Shown in pieces: positions 35,180-43,967 of a stretch of 43,967 bases of DNA. The notes under the pieces were generated by a model. That model saw only the letters and a program-made list of their open reading frames with translations. It had not been told where the DNA came from and searched no databases. Source of the DNA: Octopus bimaculoides (Eukaryota); assembly GCF_001194135.2 (NCBI RefSeq), contig NC_068990.1, positions 32,792,213-32,836,179 on the forward strand, given 5' to 3'. Both the position numbers and the translations under genes were made by a program. Position 1 is the first letter of the stretch. Every line of letters begins with the position of its first letter.

Positions 35180-35656
35180 AAAATGCTTAGTGGCATTTCA
35201 TCTGTCTTTATCCTCCGAGTTGAAATTCAACTGAGGTTGACTTTGCCTTCCATCCTTCCATCATCATCATCGTTTAACGTCCGCTTTCCATGCTGGCATG
35301 GGTTGGACGATTTGACTGAGGACTGGTGAAACCGAATGGCAACACCAGGCTCCAATCTAATTTGGCAGAGTTTCTACAGCTGGATGCCCTTCCTAACGCC
35401 AACCACTCCGAGAGTGTAGTGGGTGCTTTTACGTGTCACCTGCACGAGGGCCAGTCAGGTGGTACTGGCAACGGCCACACTCAAAATGGTGTCTTTTATG
35501 TGCCACCCGCACAAGAGCCAGTCCAGCGGCACTGGCAACGATCTTGCTCGAAAATCCTGGTTTAATAAAATAAGCACCAGTTATGCACTGGGGTTGATGC
35601 AATCAACTAATTCCCTCCATAAAATTTAAGGCCTTGTGCTTATAGTAGAAAGGATG
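35180..35656 (+). mobile_element. SINE family B split by an RTE fragment
   Basis: The left part ends CTTTGCCTTCCATCCTTC (35258) and the right part resumes GGTTTAATAAAATAAGCACCAG (35559). Confidence 0.7.
35259..35558 (-). mobile_element. RTE LINE 3'UTR fragment
   Basis: (CAT)4CGTTTAACGTCCGCTTTCCATGC...GCTCGAAAATCCT is the reverse complement of 9168-9468. Confidence 0.9.
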
Positions 35657-35894
35657 TTTTCTCCATTGGTCATCCCCCTTTTTCTGAATAACAAACAACC
35701 ATTGGTTTCAGCTCAAAAGTCTGAAAAATTAATGCCAAGTTACAATGTTAAACACACATTTCAGCATCCAATCATCTTGAGCCTTGCATGGAAAAATAAG
35801 TGTCAAAACAAATGAAATGGAGATATGAATGTGTATATGTATGTGTGTGCGTGTGTGTGTGTTTAGATGTATGTATGTATGTATGTATAAAACA

Positions 35895-36158
35895 TCCAGT
35901 TCACTCTGTTAAGTGGTTGGGAAAGGCATCCATCTGTAAAAACTATACCAAAGCAAACCTTGCTGGTGCTGGTGCCATGTAAAAAGCACCTAACCCACTC
36001 TGAAAAGTGGTTGGTGCTAAGAAAGGCATCCAGCTGTAAAAGCCATGCCAAAGTAGACAGTGGAATTTGGCACAGCCCTAGGGCTTACTAGGTTGTATCA
36101 AACTATCCAACCCATGCCAAGCATGGAAGACGGATGTTAAATGATGATGATGATGATG
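35895..36158 (+). mobile_element. RTE 3'-tail-derived repeat with an internal duplication
   Basis: CACTCTG..AAGTGGTTGG..AAAGGCATCCA.CTGTAAAA occurs twice. The element ends GGATGTTAAATGATGATGAT. Confidence 0.6.
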
Positions 36159-36766
36159 ATATGTGTGTGTGTGTGTGTGTTTGCAATTCTCTGAATATTT
36201 AAAATGCTGATATTAAAAAATGTCTATCTTTCTTTGTGTTTTGTTTGGTGTCTACAAGAAAAGAAAATCTGTTGAAGTTCTTCTATTCCAGTCAAAATAT
36301 ATCAATCAGTAAAACGATTAAAATAGAAGTAGAAAAACAGGAGGAATGATGCTTTGAATAACTTGAATTATTTCCTGTACAATCTTTCATAATATGTAGC
36401 AAATATGGATCAAGCTAAGGCTGACTGTTATATTCTGTCAAATACATTGAAAGTTGTGTGGTAAAATTATAAATTTCAAACAGCTTTAAAGAAATAAACT
36501 AAAAATTTCTAAATATATAAATGGTGTTATATCCTGTGTTTTATTATTCTTTATACATATGCACGTATGTGTGAGATGGTGATATTTATAAATAAAAAAA
36601 ATTAATATTTTATACTATATAGATATTTTGTTAATATCATACAATTAAATTCATGGTTTTATTGAAATATTTCAGTTTTGACATAAAAGACTTTCTGAGC
36701 TTTGGACGAAATTGAAGGTAGGACATAGCTTGAGTAAGCCATAATGGAAGTATTTTGACTATTATT

Positions 36767-36800
<34 letters not shown>

Positions 36801-36967
36801 ACTCTCTGTCCCTATATCTCTCTAATATTACTGAAGTCATGTCATCTTGTGCTGAATACATGACAGAATATTTCAATATTTCACGGCAAACCAGGTAGTG
36901 TTTATCTCAGGCTATTTTGCAACATAACAATTTAACTACAACACAGTTTCAGGTAACTGATTTCACT

Positions 36968-37092
36968 TGACAGCTTCTCCCTTTCTCTAATTTTCTATCA
37001 AATATTTTAATTTCTGTAATAAATTATAAAAGTTTAATTGGAGCTTTAATATATTGGTCAGTTTTACGAGTTGAAGAGACAGACAATAACTT
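36968..37092 (+). repeat. 125-bp perfect direct repeat, copy 1
   Basis: Identical by eye to 40461-40585. Confidence 0.9.
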
Positions 37093-37734
37093 GCATTGAT
37101 TAATTAATTAATTAGAGTTCCACATATTTTCATGTATTTGTAATCAGTGAAAGACATTCCTACATATTCATACTGCTGCATGGAAAGCAGATTATTCTAC
37201 ACCTGCTGCCACCCAAAGTGCAGTCATTCTACACACGTTATCACCTAAAGAAAATTTTCCTTTGCACATGTTGCTTCCAGGAGAACAGAATATTCTAACA
37301 ACAACTACATTGTTGAAGAATCATTTTAACCATTTAGCCACACAAAATAACTTGCTTTTTTGGTTTTTATTTATATTTGAATTATTCAGTCTATTATAAA
37401 ATGAACATATAGAAATTATAGTTTTTGCTTTTTTTCTTGCTCTTGTTCTTAAAGAGCTACACCAGATCCATCATGATGTTATTTCAATTTCAAGATAGGC
37501 TCAGATCAAGTCTTTTCAGAAACATACAAAGAACTCCAAAATATTCTAAACACCAGCCAACCTTTGTTTATAAGTACCTTTCAACTGAAGTGTGATATTA
37601 CAATTTTACTCAAGAAACGAAGCACATCACCCAGCAAGTTAGAATATAGTAGTAGACAGAGAAAAGAAGAGGTATTGTTAATTTTTACCACTGTTGATAA
37701 CAAACAATTCCACTCGCTCTGATTTGAGTGAGAA

Positions 37735-37860
37735 ATGTTTAAGGTTTGTGTTAGATATATGAAATTGTATGGCAATGAGACATGAATAGTGAGTGTAGCT
37801 GTGACTGGAGAGAAATGAAGGAGTACAATGTTAAAGATGATGTGTATAATAGTGAAAGTG
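37735..37860 (+). mobile_element. very old RTE-like ORF remnant
   Basis: MFKVCVRYMKLYGNET*IVSVA...TMLKMMC resembles RTE LY..CVR..MLYGSETW...MLRWMC. Confidence 0.5.
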
Positions 37861-37957
37861 CAACATTGCAGACATCAGCAAAGGGATTCACTCAAAGGGA
37901 TACACTCAAATACGTTTCTATGTTGATAGCAAGAGGCAGACATGACAAGAATAAACA

Positions 37958-38900
37958 TACTATATATGCCGGCATATATGCTGATTCAGTGTATAGGCTG
38001 AGGTGAATTTTTGGGGCCATTACTTTTTAACATTACTAGCATATAAGTTGAGGGCATAGTATAGCAACAACTGATCGATCTCAAGAATATTTTCAGATTA
38101 AGAAATATGAACAAACTTCAACAGAATCATTGCAAATCATAAATTTACAATGAAAAGGATGAGTTTATCTTCAAAATCATGGAAAAACTCTGAGAATTTC
38201 AATGATGTGATGTGAAAAACTTTGCATGTTAAAACCCAAATGAGGAATTACCTATTGTTGTATTGAAGCAATTTTGAGGTTATTATTAAATTAGGAACTG
38301 AATAAATAAAAAATAAATATACTTGCTTAAATTCTTAATTTGAAACTGAGGTAATTAGTGTCCAGTATTTCAATAAATTACAACAGATAAATCCTTCTTG
38401 TTAATAGTTATCATAATGACAATTAAAACGAAAAGGAAATGTGATTACAGGTTATCAAAGATCTCTTAAAACAGGCAGAACTTTGTAGTCATGCATCTCT
38501 ATTATTCTGAATAGATGTCCCTTTAATTACAAATGACTTGCAAGAAAACAGATACTGGTGTTACTTGTTAAGACAACCCTATCATTATGATGTTGTAAGC
38601 ACAATGAAAACAAATAAAATATGAAGCTGGGTTCAAAGTGAAAGTTGTATAATACGACAAAGAATACAACAGTGTAGCTGCCAGGTAGTTCATGATCAAT
38701 GAAAAACAAATCAGGGAATGGCGGAAACAAGGAAAATTTCTATATAAGATGGTACACTGTGTCATTTTCTATGGGTTAAAAACACATCTTAAAATATTCA
38801 CGAGAACAATTCATGCATGGTTGGGAGATAAGCCAAGGTACCCTTTCAAAGGTTAAAATCTGGAACCAAAATTTCAACTTTCATGCTGGAATATATGGCA
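37958..38900 (+). mobile_element. pogo-like (POGK-type) element, 5' part
   Basis: 38608-38751 reads KQIKYEAGFKVKVV*YDKEYNSVAAR*FMINEKQIREWRKQ, a Brinker-type DNA-binding HTH. A degenerate terminal-like sequence TACTATATATGCCGGCATATATGCTGA lies at 37958. Ends are approximate. Confidence 0.55.
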
Positions 38901-39006
38901 AAAGGGTGTTGTCAAGACAAGTCTGGAGATACTGGGTTAAATAAGAAAGATGGCATATTTTTAAGGGAAATTATGACTGACTACCATACTGAGTACCATA
39001 ATGTGA

Positions 39007-39355
39007 AGGCACAAGGTTCAGTGGTTAGAGCATTGGGCTCACAAACATAAGACAGTGAGTTCGATTCCTGGACCAGGCTGTATGCTGTGTTCTTGAGCAA
39101 CACACTTTATTTTATGTTGCTTCAGTTCACTCAGCTGTAGAAATGAGTTGCAACGTCACTGATGCCAAGCTGTATCAGCCTTTGCCTTTTCCTTGGATAA
39201 CATCAGTGGTGTGGAGAGGGGAGGCTGATATGCATGGGCAACTGCTGGTCTTCCATAAACAACCTTGCCTGGATTTGTGCCTTGGAGGGTAACTTTCCAA
39301 GTGCAATCCCATGGTCATTCATGACCGAAGGGGGGGGGGTCTTTACTCTTTTACC
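39007..39355 (+). mobile_element. tRNA-derived SINE, family C, full length
   Basis: A box GGTTCAGTGGTTAGAGC, B box GAGTTCGATTCC, core GTGTTCTTGAGCAACACACTT and a 3' GGTCATTCATGACC hairpin. Confidence 0.75.
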
Positions 39356-39435
39356 ATACTGCAGACAGTACAATACAGGATAAATTGGGTAGGGTGGGAA
39401 ATAAACATTAAAACAGTGATGATGATGGGGATGAA

Positions 39436-40235
39436 GAACACACACACACACACACACACACGCATGCACGCACACACTCACTCACACACACACACTTACA
39501 CATGCACACACACATGCACGCACACATGCATGCAGACACACGTGCATACACACTTGCTCACACACTCACTCACACATACAGGCACTCACAGACACGCGCG
39601 CACACACATACACACACACACGCGCGTGCACACACACACACACATGCACACACACTTTCTTTGACTGTGCCTGGAAGTTACTGATAAAAATAATAATAGT
39701 CAAATATGTAATTCCAATGTTATTATCCATACTCATAAAACTGACCAGTATTTCTAGATTCCAATTAAACTTTACAAATTTATTGTATGTAAATACACAA
39801 GCACACACACATGTGCACACACACTTACACTCTCTTTCCTTTTTCTCACACACACATACAAAGAGCCATTCATATACACACATACCTGAACTTTTAAGCA
39901 CACAAGTATACACAATTCAGAATCCACACAGAGATATTGGCAAACATATACACAGGTATGCACAAAGACAGAAATATGCATATGTTCAGTCTTAAACACA
40001 AACAAACACACATAAATGTATATACATGCATACACATATTCATACATACATACATTCACACACACACACACAAATATAAACTTGTAATCACACACGCATA
40101 CATGTGCATTCTCATGTGGTTAGGCACACCCTTGCATACATGTTAACATACACATATAATGACACATAAATACATACATGACAAACAATTTCAGTGAAAC
40201 CAAACACACAAGCTTACTTTCAAAACAGTCACACA

Positions 40236-40276
<41 letters not shown>

Positions 40277-40430
40277 AAATGCAGACACACATGCACACAA
40301 ATATGCCACACACAGAGATAACCATCCACACAAATACACAAATGTACAGATACACAAACACAGACACACACAAACACATAGATACACAAACACACATATA
40401 CACAAACACACAGATACACACACATATGTA
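39436..40430. repeat. about 1-kb degenerate (CA)n/(CATA)n microsatellite field
   Basis: Directly visible; it generates the many HT/CV pseudo-ORFs. Confidence 0.85.
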
Positions 40431-40460
40431 ATTGTGATATATCAGATTAAATTAATTTTC

Positions 40461-40585
40461 TGACAGCTTCTCCCTTTCTCTAATTTTCTATCAAATATTT
40501 TAATTTCTGTAATAAATTATAAAAGTTTAATTGGAGCTTTAATATATTGGTCAGTTTTACGAGTTGAAGAGACAGACAATAACTT
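40461..40585 (+). repeat. 125-bp perfect direct repeat, copy 2
   Basis: Identical by eye to 36968-37092. Confidence 0.9.
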
Positions 40586-40854
40586 TCGAAAGTTTTTCAT
40601 GGAAGAAGAAAATTATTTCTGTTTATCAATTTATTAAATTTGAACAAACAAAAGATGTCTTTATTGTAAAATTGTATTTTTAAAAAACTAAAAAACTAAA
40701 AAACTAAAAAATGTCCTGCTTATTTCATAGTGTTATGTATTAATCCTAATTGTCAACCCTTAACCTGTAAGAGATTCTGTCTGGTTACCAATTGAAGGTA
40801 AAGAACTACAACCAATGATAAACTAATTATTATTGTGTGAAACATATCTGTTAT

Positions 40855-41056
40855 GTTTTATTTGTTTCAGGCATTGGACTGTGGCCATGCTGAGGCACTA
40901 GTTTGAAAGGTTTAATCAAACAAATTGCCCCTAGAACATAATTTCAAAGCCCAACTTATTCTGTTAGTCTCTTTATGCTGAACTGCTTGGCTACAGAGAC
41001 ATAAACACATCAATACCAGTTGTCAAGTGGTGGTGGAGGAGAAACACATACACAAA

Positions 41057-41128
<72 letters not shown>

Positions 41129-41306
41129 CACACACACACAGGACAAACGTCTTTCAGTTTCTGTCTACCAAATCCATTCAGAAGGTTTTGGTCTGGTTGG
41201 GGCAAAAGTAGAAGAAAACTTGCTCAAAGTGCCATGCTGTAGGACTGAACCTAAGACCACATGGTTAGGAAGCAAGCTTCTTAACTCTACAGCCAAGACT
41301 GCACCT
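40855..41306 (-). mobile_element. SINE family A, near full length, with expanded internal (CA)n
   Basis: Head, CORE-like region, (CA)n at about 41050-41140 and tail are all present. Confidence 0.75.
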
Positions 41307-41359
41307 ATATAACAACCAATTCCTTCTATCTGTCCTGGATAGGACTGGATAGACTGTTA

Positions 41360-41809
41360 TCAGGTGATATCAAAAAATTCCCAGACAAGTTATGTTTAAT
41401 AAAAACTAACTTATTTACCTAAGTTTAACATCACCTACCTCAAAGTAGTGACCTGGTGCCACAATACACTGGGCCCAGCATTCCTGCCACTTTTGGAATC
41501 CAGCTTGCATGTTGTTTTCTGTGAGTCGAGGATCTGCCATTTGCTCTTGATCTCAACAATGGCATTAACCCTTTCAATACCAACCCGGCTGAAACCGCCT
41601 CTGGCTCTGTAGTACAAATGTCTTGTTTTCATAAGTTTTGAATTAAAATCTTCCACCAAACCGTAGTCACAATTTATGTTCCTAACACTAACTGAATGAT
41701 AACAAAGATATTTTAGTAAATTCCTTGTTATAGTTAAAATACTTGAAAGAAACACAGAACATCTTAACATAAATACAGTAACGAAAGGGTTAAAACGGTG
41801 ACCTTTGAG
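41360..41809 (-). mobile_element. mariner 3' fragment interrupted by a MITE
   Basis: Removing 41569-41793 restores LKGHRFNAIVEIKSK, followed by LTENNMQAGFQKWQECWAQCIVAPGHYFE (mariner C-terminus). A TIR-like TCAGGTGATATCAAAAAATTCCC follows a TA. Confidence 0.7.
41569..41789. mobile_element. piggyBac-type MITE family 3 (221 bp)
   Basis: TTAA TSDs at 41565 and 41790; TIRs CCCTTTCAATAC / GTAACGAAAGGG. The empty site restores the mariner frame. Confidence 0.9.
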
Positions 41810-41810
41810 T

Positions 41811-42329
41811 CATGGATGATGGTGCACTTGCATTTAATGAATCTGCAAAGAAAGAGGCTTGGAAATGCCATTATGAAAGACTGCTGAACATGGAAAATGA
41901 ATGGGAGGAAGAGAATCTGCCAAATGTTAACCCAATTGAGGGACCAGCTACCCGAATTGACAGTATCTTGTTAAATAAAGCAATATGAAGACGGAGAAAG
42001 CCTCCAGTCCATCAGGAATCACCATAGAGATGCTTAAAATATCTGGCAGTGTGGGTTATGGTCTAGTCACCTGTATTGTAAATCAGGTGGTTCATGAAGG
42101 AATCATACACAATGACTGGTGTAACAGCACTATAGTCAACTGCTACAAAGGTAAAGGTGATGCCTTAGATAGAAATAATTACAGAAGTATAAAATTGTTG
42201 TATCAGATGATGAAAGTTATAGAGAGAGTCACAGCCCAATTAATTAGGGAGAGAGTTAACCTACATGAGATGCAATTTGGTTTTGTGCCGGGGAAAAGCA
42301 CTACTGATGCTATATTTCTGGTAGACAAT
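41811..42329 (+). pseudogene. RTE reverse-transcriptase N-terminal fragment
   Basis: MDDGALAFNESAKKEAWKCHYERLLN...PIEGPA, then KASSPSGITIEM...KGKGDALDRNNYRSIKLL...QFGFVPGKSTTDAIFLV. Confidence 0.9.
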
Positions 42330-42800
42330 TAATTCTGAGAAATACTGCACACAACTAGATGAGTTAAAAGCAGCAATTCAAGGGAAACGTCCAGAATTGG
42401 CCAACAGGAAGGGTGATGTTTTCCAACATGATAATGCAAGACCGCACGTTTCTTTGGGAACCAGACAAAAATTGCTGCAGCTCAGCTAGGATGTGTTACT
42501 CCACCCTCCATATCCACCAGATATTGCTCCTTCGGATTTCCACTTATTCAGGTCTCTGTAGAATAGTCTTAATGGTAAAAATTTCAATTCCTTGGATGAC
42601 GTAAAAAGATACCTTGATTGAATTCTTTGCCATGAAACCACCTCAATTCTGGAAAGAGGGTATTTTCAAGTTAAAGGAAAGATGGAGATGCATTGTGCAA
42701 CAAAATGGTTCATATTTGGTTGATTTAAAATGTAATGGCAAGTATTTATTGACCTTTTTCTTTCCTTTAAAAATCTGCACGAACTTCCCGGACAACCCAA
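42325..42800 (+). mobile_element. DD34D mariner 3' fragment with right TIR
   Basis: INSEKYCTQLDELK...QHDNARPH...HPPYPPDIAPSDFHLF (34 residues between D and D), with stops and one frameshift. It ends GAACTTCCCGGACAACCCAA followed by TA. Confidence 0.9.
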
Positions 42801-42925
42801 TATATACCTATATACTCGTATATACACACANNNNNNNNNNNNNNNNNNNNNNNNNNNNNNNNNNNNNNNNNNNNNNNNNNNNNNNNNNNNNNNNNNNNNN
42901 NNNNNNNNNNNNNNNNNNNNNNATA

Positions 42926-43967
42926 TAGGGGTTGGACAAACTAATGAAACACCTTAAAATTTAAAACAAATTTATTTTAATATGAATTGTTTCCAAAGGA
43001 ATTTTTGTCCATTCTTCACCTAAAACAGTCTCCAGTTCTTGTAGTGATGATGGAGGAGAATATTAACCCCTTGTTTTTCTAAAATGCACCATAAATGTTC
43101 AATAATATTGAGATTTAGGGACTGTGGTGGCCAAATAAGATGTTCAACTTCACTAGAATGTTCCTCGTGCCATTCAGCAATAACTTTAGCTGTGTGAATT
43201 GGTACATTATCATCCTGAAAGATGGCGCTTCCCTTCGGAAACAGTTCCACAACCATAGGATGAATTTGATCAGATAAAATGCTTAAATAGTTTCAACTAT
43301 TAATTCTGCCATGAAGGGAAACCATTGGGCCGGTGGATTTCCAAGATATAGCTCCCCAGATCATCACAGATCCTCCTCCTTGTTTAACAGTTAAAAGAAG
43401 GCAGTCTGGGTCAAATGCTTCTTTTCGCTGTCTCCACATGTATACTTGGCCGGTGTTCAGAAATATGGTAAAGAATGACCCGTCCAAGAAAATAACATTC
43501 TTCCACTGCTCTAGGGACCAATTCTGTAGGTTTTTACTCCACCTAAAATGCTTTGCAACATGTTTTTGAAAGTAGTGGCTTTCTGATTGCAGCCCCTCCC
43601 GTGAAATGTGGCTTTGTGCTGCTCCCGGCCAACAGCTTTTAAAAACTGAGTTCTCAAGGTGGTCATTAAGCTCTGCCGTAATTTTGGGAGCTGTACTTTT
43701 GTGATCCTTTCTAACAATTCGCATAAGAGTCTGACGGTCCCTATCCAAAAAGTTTGGTTTCTTTCCAGAGTTTTGTTTTGATGAGGAAGTTTTTCCCTCT
43801 TTGTCAAAGGCTGTCATTACTTTCAGGACAGTACTTCTTGATACACCAAACATTTCGGCTGTTTTCGTTATGCTTGCACATGCCATATGAGCACCAACAA
43901 TTTGACCTCTTTGAAAGTCCGCTAGATCTGTCATTTTAATGAATTTTAATTACCTTTTTCTAATGAT
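42926..43967 (-). mobile_element. Tc1-like DD36E (Incomer-like) transposon, left end outside the window
   Basis: TA followed by TIR TAGGGGTTGGACAAACTAATGAAACACC; the transposase lies at 43934 down to about 42985. Confidence 0.85.
42985..43934 (-). pseudogene. Tc1-family transposase pseudogene
   Basis: ORFs 43293-43934 and 43020-43256 are in one frame, separated by a TGA. Motifs: paired HTH N-terminus, VIFLDGS, TVKQGGGSVMIWG, FQDDN...WPPQSLNLNIIE. Confidence 0.9.

Noticed and set aside
37782-37900. C2H2 zinc-finger linker (TGEK)
   Set aside because: There is no Cys/His spacing, and the frame fits an RTE remnant better.
36968-40585. LTR retrotransposon or TRIM bounded by the 125-bp repeats
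   Set aside because: No shared CA terminus, primer-binding site, polypurine tract or TSD, and the interior consists of old unrelated repeats.
39203-41242. Numerous HT/CV-repeat ORFs
   Set aside because: (CA)n microsatellite read-through.
1-43967. CRISPR arrays, rRNA or prokaryotic operons
   Set aside because: No regular repeat-spacer arrays and no rRNA motifs; the composition is eukaryotic non-coding.

Overview
Eukaryotic, very AT-rich, repeat-dense DNA from a draft assembly with five N-gaps. The SINE, RTE and MITE families look like those I associate with octopus (coleoid cephalopod) genomes; that is recollection, not a database result. There are no prokaryotic features and no intact long gene, and almost all ORF-track entries are microsatellite or transposon read-throughs. 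Most interpretable sequence is decayed mobile DNA. Retroelements: three tRNA-derived SINE families, many RTE-LINE fragments, a CR1-like LINE 3' end, and a Penelope-type repeat carrying a degenerate minimal hammerhead ribozyme. DNA elements: Tigger/pogo remnants, DD34D mariner fragments, a DD36E (Incomer-like) Tc1 element, and three families of about 230-bp TTAA/CCC (piggyBac-type) MITEs. One MITE hosts a second MITE, which in turn carries two further insertions (29.4-30.7 kb). A possible plus-strand host gene is suggested by phase-compatible small exons at 21.0-23.6 kb that spell an R3H-like motif across a splice junction; this is speculative. Best leads: the hammerhead, the structured RTE 3'UTR with a compensatory base pair, the tRNA-dimer insert, the perfect 125-bp duplication, the DD36E element and the cryptic exons.
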